From Candidatus Latescibacterota bacterium (lineage in GTDB: Bacteria; Latescibacterota; UBA2968; UBA8231), in assembly GCA_965200315.1 (NCBI GenBank), contig OZ241362.1, positions 895,291-959,290 of the forward strand: a DNA stretch of 64,000 nt. The letters run 5' to 3'. The notes beneath the pieces were generated by a model, which saw only the letters and a list, made by a program, of their open reading frames with translations, did no database searches and was not told the origin of the DNA. The position numbers and the translations under genes are program-made. Below, one piece after another: positions 17,340 through 26,028 of the stretch (within the stretch, counting starts at the first letter, position 1; each line of letters begins with the position of its first letter).

Positions 17340-18324
17340 TGTGGTCGAAAAGCTGCTGCACGATGTGATCGCTGTCTATTTCCTCGGCCTCGGCCTCGTA
17401 CGAGGCGATGATCCGATGCCTGAGCACATCGGCTCCCACGGCCTTGACATCTTCCGGGGTGACGTAGCCGCGGCGCTGGATGAAGGCGTGGGCGCGCGCG
17501 GTGCGGACGAGGAAAATAGCGGCCCGCGGTGAGGCCCCGTACTCGATCAGCGGTGCCATGTCGGCCAGCCCGTAGTCGGCTGGTCGCCGGGTGGCCTGGA
17601 CGAGATCAACGATGTAATCCTTGATCTTGTCGTCGATATAGACGATCTCCACCACCTCGCGCAGGCGGCGTATTTCGTCGATACCCACCGCTTGCTTAAC
17701 CGCAATCAGACTGTCGTTGGCCATGCGGTCCAAGATCAGCCGCTCCTCGGTGCGCGATGGATAATCGACTTTTACTTTGAGCATGAAGCGATCAACTTGG
17801 GCCTCGGGCAGCGGGTAGGTTCCCTCTTGATCAATCGGATTCTGGGTAGCCATGACCAAGAACGGGTCGTCGAGTGCGTAAGTCTCCTCTCCGATGGTCA
17901 CCTGCCGCTCCTGCATGCACTCCAAGAGCGCACTCTGCACTTTGGCCGGTGCTCGGTTTATTTCGTCGGCCAAGATCAAATGGGCGAAGATCGGGCCTTT
18001 CTTGGGTATGAAGACCCCTTGGTGCTGGTTGTAAATGGTGGTCCCGGTCAGATCGGCGGGCAAAAGATCGGGGGTAAACTGGATCCGCTTGAACTCGGCG
18101 TCCACGATCCTCGCCAGCGTCGCTACCGTCAGGGTCTTGGCTAGCCCAGGCACCCCTTCGAGGAGGATGTGGCCGTTGCACAATAGCCCCATCAGGATCC
18201 GCTCCACCATGGCGCGTTGGCCGACGATGACCCGGTCCATTTCCTGCAAGATGCGCTCTACCACCATACTCTCGCGCTGGACTTGCTCGCTAATGGCGTG
18301 AATATCTATTGTTGTTTGCGTCAT
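17326..18324 (-). CDS. MoxR-family AAA+ ATPase
   Basis: ORF 17326..18384. ATG at 18324 (MTQTTIDIH). Walker A GVPGLAKT, Walker B ILADEINRA. Confidence 0.9.
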   Translation of the reverse strand: MTQTTIDIHAISEQVQRESMVVERILQEMDRVIVGQRAMVERILMGLLCNGHILLEGVPGLAKTLTVATLARIVDAEFKRIQFTPDLLPADLTGTTIYNQHQGVFIPKKGPIFAHLILADEINRAPAKVQSALLECMQERQVTIGEETYALDDPFLVMATQNPIDQEGTYPLPEAQVDRFMLKVKVDYPSRTEERLILDRMANDSLIAVKQAVGIDEIRRLREVVEIVYIDDKIKDYIVDLVQATRRPADYGLADMAPLIEYGASPRAAIFLVRTARAHAFIQRRGYVTPEDVKAVGADVLRHRIIASYEAEAEEIDSDHIVQQLFDHIEVP

Positions 18325-18358
18325 CGGCTGTACTCTCGACATGCTTAGGCTTGGCCAA

Positions 18359-18388
18359 TAAAAAACCGCCCTGCGGATTCGCAAGCGG
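18359..18388 (-). terminator. candidate intrinsic terminator after the TPR lipoprotein gene
   Basis: Minus strand reads CCGCTTGCGAATCCGCAGGGCGG followed by TTTTTTATT. The stem is imperfect. Confidence 0.4.
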
Positions 18389-18432
18389 CTGGACTCATCT
18401 GCCTCAGACCTTTATGACAACTTCATAATGTG

Positions 18433-18924
18433 TCAAGGAGCGGCGGCCTCATCCTGAAATTGAACCCATTCTTGAGGGGCACGCCCGACATTGGGCAACA
18501 GATGCCGGGCACTAGCGGCCAGCTCGGAATCCGGGTAGTTCTCAATCACGCGCTGATAGGCCCGCCGCGCTTGCTCTAAGTCGCGGATGTGCTCTTCGTA
18601 TATAAAAGCGATCATAAATTGGGCTTCGTCGCCATGCTCGCTAGCGGGATATTCGACCAACACCCGCTCGTAATACCCGATGGCCTCCTGCATCTTCCCT
18701 TGCTGCTGGGCCAATCCGGCGAGTTTTTTCAGTGCCTCTGGCGCTTTGGGAGATTGGCCAAAGCGCTCGATAAAAGCCGTAAAATGCGCGACTGCTTGGT
18801 CGGCCGTAGCAGAGTCGGCCGCCGCGGCCTCGCCGGCCGCGAATAGCTCCTCTGCGCTTTGCTGGTCGCAACCTCCCCACCAAGATCCGGCGATAAAAAT
18901 TCCCAGTAGTATCCTCGACCACAT
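18433..18924 (-). CDS. TPR-repeat lipoprotein
   Basis: Lipobox-like SWWGGC followed by TPR-like helices. Confidence 0.6.
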   Translation of the reverse strand: MWSRILLGIFIAGSWWGGCDQQSAEELFAAGEAAAADSATADQAVAHFTAFIERFGQSPKAPEALKKLAGLAQQQGKMQEAIGYYERVLVEYPASEHGDEAQFMIAFIYEEHIRDLEQARRAYQRVIENYPDSELAASARHLLPNVGRAPQEWVQFQDEAAAP

Positions 18925-18958
18925 CTATTTTTAACCACGTATCGCGGGGGAAAGTTCC

Positions 18959-19258
18959 TCAATCGGCTTTGGCAGCTTTGGCAGCTTTGGCAGCTTTGGC
19001 GTCGCCCTTTTTGCCGCCCGCCTTGCTACTGCCGCTGTCTTTGTCGGCCTTAGCCGCCTTTTGGTATCCATCGCTGCGATAGTCCGTTATGTAAAAGCCC
19101 GTCCCCTTGAAAAGCAGGCCGCCGCCCATGCCGATGAGCCGCTTGACTGGGCCTTTACAACTTGCTTCCGGGCAGGTCTGGCGCGGCGCGGCCGTAATGC
19201 TCTGAAACTCTTCAAATAGGTGGCCGCACTGCTGGCATTCGTATTCGTATGTGGGCAT
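18959..19258 (-). CDS. FmdB-family zinc-ribbon protein with Lys/Ala-rich tail
   Basis: MPTYEYECQQCGH...CPEASC (CxxC...CxxxC). Tail AKAAKAAKAAKAD is encoded by 9-bp repeats at 18971..18997. ATG at 19258 is preferred over 19273. Confidence 0.7.
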   Translation of the reverse strand: MPTYEYECQQCGHLFEEFQSITAAPRQTCPEASCKGPVKRLIGMGGGLLFKGTGFYITDYRSDGYQKAAKADKDSGSSKAGGKKGDAKAAKAAKAAKAD

Positions 19259-19314
19259 GGCGTTGGCTTTCATTATAACTAAAAATATAAACTAAGTAAT
19301 ATAAATTTGGTCAA
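19259..19314 (-). promoter_or_regulatory. AT-rich island with sigma-70-like elements upstream of the zinc-ribbon gene
   Basis: Minus strand reads TTGACC-N17-TTTATA, then a perfect TATAAT overlapping the upstream ATG at 19273. The island stands out against the GC-rich surroundings. Confidence 0.35.
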
Positions 19315-21306
19315 CTAGGGACGCAACACTTGGCGATGCACCGAGTCCCATCCGGCGGCACCCATTTCCGGGAGATCACCCGTGCCGAGGGAGCGCACCT
19401 TGTCGCGCTCGATTTTGAGCAAGGTCAGCGCATTATTGGAGCGCACGTCAGGCGACAGGGAGATAGTGCCCCAAGCTCCTTGGTAGAAACGGACCGTGGT
19501 CAACCACTCAATTAGCGCGGCTGGATCGCGGTATCCTTGCTCCCACCCTTCGAGGAGCAAGCAGGTGGCGTCGTAACCAGCCGCCGCGTAGTGTGGGTCG
19601 CGGCGGAATTGCTTGCGAAAGTTGTCGACAAACGACTGCTCGGGCGCGGACTCGGCTTGCCGCGCGGAAACGAAAATGACCCCGTCGAAATTCTTGCGCT
19701 CGCCCGGGCCCATCTGGCGGATCGCTTCGGGATCCCACCAAGCATCGTTGCCGAGAATTTGGGTCTGCAAGCGGTGAAAATGAACCTGCGGCGCGATGGT
19801 CTGGGCATCCTCAAAACTTTCGACCACCACCACTATCCCGTCGATGGTGTCGATAAACATATTTGCTTTTAGCTTTTCCTCGACCACTTCAAGCGTATCC
19901 GGCGGCGGCCTCAGCGCAAAACCAGCCTTGCGAATCTCCTCGAAAACGAGGCGGAAATCCCTCGTCTCGTTGGGGACATACCAATCGCTGTGCGCGATCT
20001 GGCCGCCGTTGCGCTCGGCAACGCGGGTAAATTCGCGCGCGAAATCCCAGCCGTATTCGCTGAGGGGAGAAATAATCGCTAAGTGTTCCAAGCCGAGGAC
20101 GAGGGTCGCGTACTCGCCCAACAGGTGCGCCTGCGTTTTCGAGACCGTGCTCAATTGGAAAATGCTGTGGCCGAGCGAATCTAAGCCGCTCTGTTGAGCC
20201 AGCGGCACCAACAGGGGAACGCCAGCGCGCGCGGCGACCGTCGCCGCCACGACGCTAGAGCTGCTAAAGAGCGGACCGACAATAGCCACGACTCCTTGAT
20301 CCAGCAACTGCTGGATCCCGTACGCCACGCGCAACAAACCGCTGGCCGGGCTCTCGCTGACGTCGCCGCCGCGATCAGTAGCGATGGGCAAATTCCCGTA
20401 GTCAACCCCGGTGTCGGCGACTATAAGCTCAAAGGGGCTGCCGGCTTCCCGATTGGCCAATTGCACACCATCGCGAAGTTCTTCGCCGATCCGGTGGTAC
20501 GGCCCAGTCATCGGCAGCAGCAAGCCCAACCGGGGCGATTCCGAGCCAACGCGCGGGCGATATGTGGTCTGATCGCTCCCCCAGACAGCGGCTATCGGAG
20601 CGAATATGCCACTGACGACGCTATCGCGATAAGTCTGCATCGCCTCGGCGGCGGCCTCTTGCCTGCCAAGGCGCTGATACCAGCGCGCCCGGCCGAAGAA
20701 CAGGGCCTCGCGCAGACGCCCGGCCCCTACGGCCTGACGCAGAGGCGTCCGCTCTTGTTCTTTTAGCTGGCCGTTCCAATACATGGCCGCCAACCGCTCG
20801 GCTGCTTGGGCTTGGATGCCAAGAGGGGCCTGCGTGGCCAACAAACGGCCGTACTGGGACGCGGCCTCTGAGTAGTGTTTGCTGTTGAAAAACGAGTCGC
20901 CAATCAACAACCGGGCATTGGGCAGGTAGCGGCTCGCGGGAAATCGACGCTGCAAGACCAAGGCCGCGTCGATGGCTTCGGCAAAGCGACCTAAGCGGTA
21001 CAAGGTTTTTCCCAAGAGGAATTGGCCGGCGCTAGACCGCTGGTTGAGTGGGAACTCCGCTAGCTGCCGCAGGTAGTTGAGTGTCTCGTCGAAATGCCCC
21101 TGTTTATATGCTTCAAGCCCGTTGCCAAAGATCTTTTCGGCGTCGGCCGAATACGTCCAGATGCGCGCCTGCCCTTCGACGCAGTTCGGCACCAGCACCG
21201 CCGCAAGGACCACGCATGCGCAACGAGCAATGTACTGCCTACAAAGGGGCCTAGGTTGTCCGCATCTGAGAGGGCGAGTATATTTTTTACGCCACCGCAT
21301 TTCCAA
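19315..21306 (-). CDS. TPR + type-1 periplasmic-binding-fold (LivJ/LpoA-like) secreted protein
   Basis: Signal-like CACVVLAAVLVPNCVEG, N-terminal TPRs, C-terminal PBP1-like domain (LGLLLPMTG...VAIVGPLFS). Confidence 0.55.
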   Translation of the reverse strand: MEMRWRKKYTRPLRCGQPRPLCRQYIARCACVVLAAVLVPNCVEGQARIWTYSADAEKIFGNGLEAYKQGHFDETLNYLRQLAEFPLNQRSSAGQFLLGKTLYRLGRFAEAIDAALVLQRRFPASRYLPNARLLIGDSFFNSKHYSEAASQYGRLLATQAPLGIQAQAAERLAAMYWNGQLKEQERTPLRQAVGAGRLREALFFGRARWYQRLGRQEAAAEAMQTYRDSVVSGIFAPIAAVWGSDQTTYRPRVGSESPRLGLLLPMTGPYHRIGEELRDGVQLANREAGSPFELIVADTGVDYGNLPIATDRGGDVSESPASGLLRVAYGIQQLLDQGVVAIVGPLFSSSSVVAATVAARAGVPLLVPLAQQSGLDSLGHSIFQLSTVSKTQAHLLGEYATLVLGLEHLAIISPLSEYGWDFAREFTRVAERNGGQIAHSDWYVPNETRDFRLVFEEIRKAGFALRPPPDTLEVVEEKLKANMFIDTIDGIVVVVESFEDAQTIAPQVHFHRLQTQILGNDAWWDPEAIRQMGPGERKNFDGVIFVSARQAESAPEQSFVDNFRKQFRRDPHYAAAGYDATCLLLEGWEQGYRDPAALIEWLTTVRFYQGAWGTISLSPDVRSNNALTLLKIERDKVRSLGTGDLPEMGAAGWDSVHRQVLRP

Positions 21307-21326
21307 CCTTTCCTTTAGGTTAATAT

Positions 21327-22832
21327 ATGCAACCGCATGCTGAAAAAGTGGAGATCGACCCAGAAAAACTGCGCCGTCTCCTAGCTAGACAAATCGAAGA
21401 ACAAGAGCAAGAGCCAGCCCAGCCCGAGGCTTCCTCCACCCAAGGCGAAGGTACTCAGACTGTCGAGTCCGAAGCCCTGCACTTCGACCTCAAACCAGAA
21501 GAATTAGAGGCCTATCTCGATCAATACGTCATCAAGCAGCAAGAAGCCAAGGCCATTCTCGCCACCAAGATCTGCACGCACTTCAACCGCCTGAAACTGC
21601 CCCCGGAAGAAGACGAGGGATTTGTCGGCAACATCAAAAACAACGTGTTGATGATCGGCCCTACCGGCGTGGGCAAAACCTATTTAATCCGCCTCATCGC
21701 CCGCAAAATCGGCGTCCCTTTCGTCAAGGGCGACGCCACCAAATTCAGCGAGACCGGTTATGTCGGCGGCGATGTCGAAGACTTGGTCCGGGACCTAGTC
21801 CGCGAGGCCAACGGCGACATTGAACGCGCCCAGTACGGCATCATATACATCGACGAAATCGACAAAATTGCCTCCGCGCAGGGAGTACACGGCCCAGATG
21901 TCTCGCGCTCGGGCGTCCAGCGCAACCTGCTCAAGCTGATGGAGGAAACCGACGTCGACCTCAAAGCTCCACACGACATTGCCTCGCAGATGGAATCCGT
22001 CATCCAGATGCAGCAGACAGGCAAGATCGAACGCCAGAAGGTCAACACTCGCAACATCCTGTTTATCGTTAGCGGGGCCTTTTCCGGGCTAGACGAAATC
22101 ATCGGCCGTCGGCTCAACAAAGGCACCATGGGGTTCCGCTCCCAAGCCGACCCAGCCCACCTCAACGCCGATCAGCTCCTATCGCACGTGCGGGCCGAGG
22201 ATCTGATCGAATACGGCTTCGAGTCCGAGTTCATTGGGCGTTTGCCCGTCATCGCCGTGCTGCACGACCTCGGCCCCGAAGATCTCCTCGAAATCCTCCG
22301 CAACCCCAAAAGCAGCGTCATCCTGTCCAAGAAGCGCGACTTTCGCGCCTATGGCATCGAGGTCGAATTTGCCGACGAGGCCCTCGCCCTGTTAGCCGAG
22401 CGCGCACACGCCGAGCACATCGGTGCCCGAGGCTTGGTCAGCGCCATTGAAAAGGTATTGCTCTACTACGAAAAGAAGCTCCCTTCCGTCGGCGTCGAGC
22501 GCCTTGCCGTTGGGGCCGATACCGTCTTGGACCCTGCGGCTGGTCTGGAACGCTTGCTCCAAGACACTTCGCTGAGCCGCTTTCTCGACAACTTTCAACG
22601 CGAACACGACATCGCCTTGGAGATCACGCCAGAAGCCTCCGCGCAAATCGAGGCCCTAGCCAGCACGCAGAACATGGCACCTGGCGAATTGTGCGAAGAA
22701 ATGTTCAGCGACTACGGGCACGGCCTCAAGCTGGCCAGATTGAGCCAGTTCTGCATTGACGCGGATGTGGTAGCCGCCCCCCAAGAGGCACTCAACGCGC
22801 TCGTCAAATACTACTACAATCAACGCCGCTAA
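21327..22832 (+). CDS. ClpX-like AAA+ unfoldase paralog lacking the N-terminal zinc-binding domain
   Basis: Walker A GPTGVGKT, pore loop TGYVGGDVE, Walker B IIYIDEIDK, MGF at the IGF-loop position. Acidic N-terminus with no CxxC pairs, plus a ~100 aa C-terminal extension. Confidence 0.7.
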   Translation: MQPHAEKVEIDPEKLRRLLARQIEEQEQEPAQPEASSTQGEGTQTVESEALHFDLKPEELEAYLDQYVIKQQEAKAILATKICTHFNRLKLPPEEDEGFVGNIKNNVLMIGPTGVGKTYLIRLIARKIGVPFVKGDATKFSETGYVGGDVEDLVRDLVREANGDIERAQYGIIYIDEIDKIASAQGVHGPDVSRSGVQRNLLKLMEETDVDLKAPHDIASQMESVIQMQQTGKIERQKVNTRNILFIVSGAFSGLDEIIGRRLNKGTMGFRSQADPAHLNADQLLSHVRAEDLIEYGFESEFIGRLPVIAVLHDLGPEDLLEILRNPKSSVILSKKRDFRAYGIEVEFADEALALLAERAHAEHIGARGLVSAIEKVLLYYEKKLPSVGVERLAVGADTVLDPAAGLERLLQDTSLSRFLDNFQREHDIALEITPEASAQIEALASTQNMAPGELCEEMFSDYGHGLKLARLSQFCIDADVVAAPQEALNALVKYYYNQRR

Positions 22833-24217
22833 ATTCCACCGTACTGCTTTACCTTGCGGTAGAGCGTACTGAGACCGATTTGCAAAATCTCGGCCGCCCG
22901 CCGTCGGTCGTCGCCAACGGCCTTCAGCGTCTCGGCGATGGCCCTCTGTTCGATCTCGGCCATGCTCATGCCGACGCGAAAACCCAATCCGGGGAAAACG
23001 CGCTCTTGGCGGTTTATGTAGCGCGGGATGTCCCCAACTTCGAGCACACCTTCGCGGGCGCACATGACGACCATGCCTTCGATGCAGTTTTTCAATTCTC
23101 GCACATTGCCCGGCCAATCGTAATCGCGCAACACGTCTAAGGCCCGCGGCCGGATGCCCGCGATGCGCTTGTCGTTCTCGGCGGCGAACTGCCGAATAAA
23201 CGCGTCGGCCAGAATGGGTATGTCCTCGCGGCACTCGCGCAGGGGCGGCACTTCGATCTTGATCACGTTGAGCCGGTAGAACAGGTCCGCCCGGAAGGTA
23301 CCGTCCCGCACCATAGCTTCTAGATCGCGGTGTGTCGCCGCGATCAAGCGCACATCAACCCGCCGGGTTTGGGTGCCGCCGATCCGCTCAAAGCAGCCAT
23401 CCTGAATCACTCTCAGGAGCTTTACTTGTGTCGGCAGGGGGATGTCCCCGACTTCGTCGAGAAACAAGGTGCCTTGATCGGCCAGTTCAAAGCGCCCTTT
23501 GCGTGCGGCTACGGCCCCGGTATAGGCCCCCTTCTCGTGGCCAAAAAGCTCGTTTTCGACCAAGCTCTCCGGTAGTGCACCGCAGTTTATTTCGACGAAG
23601 GCGTTTTCCCGCCGTCGGCTCCGCTGGTGGATGGCCTTTGCCACCTCGCCCTTGCCCGTGCCGGTCTCGCCGGCGATCAAAACACTAGTCCGCGATTGCG
23701 CCACCTGTTCGATCTGGAGGTAAATGCGCTGCCACGGCGACGAGCGGCGGGCGATGTCGTCAAAGCGATAGCGCTCGTCCAAGCGGCGCTGTAGATCCGA
23801 GACTTCCCCTACTAGCTGCTGGTAGCGCAGGCCCTTTTCCAACACCGCGCCGACCTTGGCAAAATTCAGCGGCTGGAGTTGAAAATCGTAGGCCCCTCGG
23901 CGCATCGCTTCAACCCCCAACTCAATGTCTTCAGGCCCGGCGATGGCAATGGCGCAGATGGCCGGATTGCGCTTGTGGGCCAGTTGCTGGACCCGCAACC
24001 CATCGATGCGCTTCTCGCGCAAGGCGTAGATCAGCGCATCAACCGCATCGGCGTCGAGGATGTCGTACGCGCTCTGCCCCTCGTGCGCCCAGATCACTTC
24101 GTACGCCTGTTGTTCTAGATAAAAAATCAGCGATCGGGCCTGCTGGGATTCGGGCAGCACTACCAAGAGCCGCGGCTGCGTATGGCGCTTCTCACTCACG
24201 GGGCGACCTGCTTGCAC
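22829..24217 (-). CDS. sigma-54-dependent transcriptional activator (NtrC family) with degenerate receiver domain
   Basis: Walker A GETGTGKG, GAYTGA (GAFTGA variant), C-terminal Fis-type HTH. The conserved receiver residues are all substituted (see findings). Confidence 0.85.
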   Translation of the reverse strand: MQAGRPVSEKRHTQPRLLVVLPESQQARSLIFYLEQQAYEVIWAHEGQSAYDILDADAVDALIYALREKRIDGLRVQQLAHKRNPAICAIAIAGPEDIELGVEAMRRGAYDFQLQPLNFAKVGAVLEKGLRYQQLVGEVSDLQRRLDERYRFDDIARRSSPWQRIYLQIEQVAQSRTSVLIAGETGTGKGEVAKAIHQRSRRRENAFVEINCGALPESLVENELFGHEKGAYTGAVAARKGRFELADQGTLFLDEVGDIPLPTQVKLLRVIQDGCFERIGGTQTRRVDVRLIAATHRDLEAMVRDGTFRADLFYRLNVIKIEVPPLRECREDIPILADAFIRQFAAENDKRIAGIRPRALDVLRDYDWPGNVRELKNCIEGMVVMCAREGVLEVGDIPRYINRQERVFPGLGFRVGMSMAEIEQRAIAETLKAVGDDRRRAAEILQIGLSTLYRKVKQYGGI

Positions 24218-25554
24218 AACTCGACGACCACTTCGCAGTGCGGTGTTTGGGGAAACATATCTACGGGCTGTACGCTGCGGACGCCGTAACCAGCCTCGCC
24301 CAAGGTGTGCAAATCGCCGGCTAGCGAGTGGACGTTACAGGAGACGTAAATAATGCGCGGCGGTGCCAACGCGCTTAGACCGGCCAGTACCTTTTTGTGG
24401 ATCCCGGGCCGCGGTGGATCGACGACGGCTAGGTCAAAATGCCGGCCTTGTACCACCAATTCCCCCAGTATGTCCTCGGCTGCACCGACCATGAACTCGC
24501 AGTGTCCTATCTGATTGCGCACGGCGTTACGCTTGGCATCCTCCACTGCTTCAGCGACCACTTCGATGCCCAACACAAACTGGGACCGGCGCACCAAAAG
24601 CAGGCTGATGCTGCCGGTGCCGCAGTACAAATCCAACACCGCCTTTTGCGACCCGGCCACGCGGGCTATGACCTCGTAGAGCCGCTCGGCTTGCAGCGAA
24701 TTCGTCTGAAAAAAGGACTGGGGAGAAACGTCGAATTCGAGGCCTTTGCACACTTCGGTGATGCGCCCGCTTGCCTTGAGCACAAACTCACGCTCCCCGA
24801 CTGCGACTTGGGCCTTGCCGGTGTGTAGGGTGACGAGCAAAACATCAATTTCGGGTACAGCATCCAATAATTGCTCGGCGAGCTGTTGGACGCCCAGATC
24901 GGGATACGCGGACACGACGAGGTTGACCATTACTTCTCCGGTCCGCTTGCCCTCTCGGACGACCAAGAAGCGCAACAGCCCGTGATGCCGCTTCAGGTCG
25001 TACGCGCTCAGTCCCAACGCTTGGCTGATACAGCGGACTGCTCCGACGATGCGGTTGGAAGTGTCAGACTGTAGGTGGCACTCTTCGACATCGAAGATCC
25101 AATTGAAACGCCCGCGGACGTGCAAGCCTAGTTGCAGCAAGCCCTCGCGATCCGAGCCAAAGGAAAATTCCATTTTGTTGCGATAGAAAAAGGGGGTCGG
25201 GCTGGGCAAAATCGGGGATGCGGGCGGCAGCGTCAGTCCACTAGTCGCCAATGCGCCAGCGACCATCTGCTCCTTGACGGCAAGCTGGGCCGCGTAAGGC
25301 AATTCCTGCCAGCGACAGCCGCCGCAATGTCCAAAATGGGCGCAGCGGGGATGCTTGCGCTTGTAGCCCTCTGCGAGGAACTCTTCTATCTCGGCCTCGA
25401 AGCGCCCTTTGCGCTTCTTAACGATCCGGGCGGCGACCCGGTCTCCAGGAACAGACTGACGCACGACGACTTCGCGGTGCCCGACATAAGCCATCCCGTC
25501 GCCCTTGGCGGTGGGCGCAACGACCTCGACCTCGATGCGATCTCCTCGTTTCAC
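24196..25554 (-). CDS. rlmD: TRAM-domain 23S rRNA (uracil-5-)-methyltransferase, RlmD/RumA family
   Basis: N-terminal TRAM, Fe-S cysteines CAHFGHCGGCRWQ, SAM motif VLDLYCGTG, C-terminal PVDMFPQTPHCE. Confidence 0.8.
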   Translation of the reverse strand: MKRGDRIEVEVVAPTAKGDGMAYVGHREVVVRQSVPGDRVAARIVKKRKGRFEAEIEEFLAEGYKRKHPRCAHFGHCGGCRWQELPYAAQLAVKEQMVAGALATSGLTLPPASPILPSPTPFFYRNKMEFSFGSDREGLLQLGLHVRGRFNWIFDVEECHLQSDTSNRIVGAVRCISQALGLSAYDLKRHHGLLRFLVVREGKRTGEVMVNLVVSAYPDLGVQQLAEQLLDAVPEIDVLLVTLHTGKAQVAVGEREFVLKASGRITEVCKGLEFDVSPQSFFQTNSLQAERLYEVIARVAGSQKAVLDLYCGTGSISLLLVRRSQFVLGIEVVAEAVEDAKRNAVRNQIGHCEFMVGAAEDILGELVVQGRHFDLAVVDPPRPGIHKKVLAGLSALAPPRIIYVSCNVHSLAGDLHTLGEAGYGVRSVQPVDMFPQTPHCEVVVELCKQVAP

Positions 25555-25578
25555 GTGCTCTCTATCTAAAATGCAAAC

Positions 25579-25605
25579 GGGGCAAGATGGTCATCATCTT
25601 GCCCC
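25579..25605 (-). terminator. intrinsic terminator after rplQ
   Basis: 11-bp perfect stem GGGGCAAGATG/CATCTTGCCCC with a 5-nt loop. Followed on the minus strand by GTTTGCATTTT. Confidence 0.7.
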
Positions 25606-25630
25606 GTCGCTACTGCTTTGGACGCCCACC

Positions 25631-26026
25631 TTATTCTTCGGCCTCCTGAGTCTCTTCTGAGGTTACCTCAGGGCGATCCACGAGCTCGACGATACTCATA
25701 AACGCCCCGTCGCCGCGGCGCGGGCCCAACTTGATCAAGCGCGTATAGCCGCCGTTGCGGCTTTTGTAGCGCGGGCCCAGTTCGTCAAAGAGCTTGGCGA
25801 CCACCTGCTTGTCGGCTATGACGCGCAACACTTGGCGGCGGGCGTGCAAGTCGCCTTTCTTAGCGCAAGTCAGCACCCGCTCGGCCGTGCGCTTGAGTTC
25901 TTTGGCCCGCGTCTGGGTGGTGGTGATGCGCTCGTTGATAAAGAGCGAGGCCATCATGTTGGACAACATGGCTTTGCGATGCGGAGCTGTGCGACCCAGT
26001 TTGGCTATTCTTTTTCCGTGTCTCAT
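25631..26026 (-). CDS. rplQ: 50S ribosomal protein L17
   Basis: [21 protein letters not shown]; position after rpoA. Confidence 0.97.
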   Translation of the reverse strand: MRHGKRIAKLGRTAPHRKAMLSNMMASLFINERITTTQTRAKELKRTAERVLTCAKKGDLHARRQVLRVIADKQVVAKLFDELGPRYKSRNGGYTRLIKLGPRRGDGAFMSIVELVDRPEVTSEETQEAEE

Positions 26027-26028
26027 GG

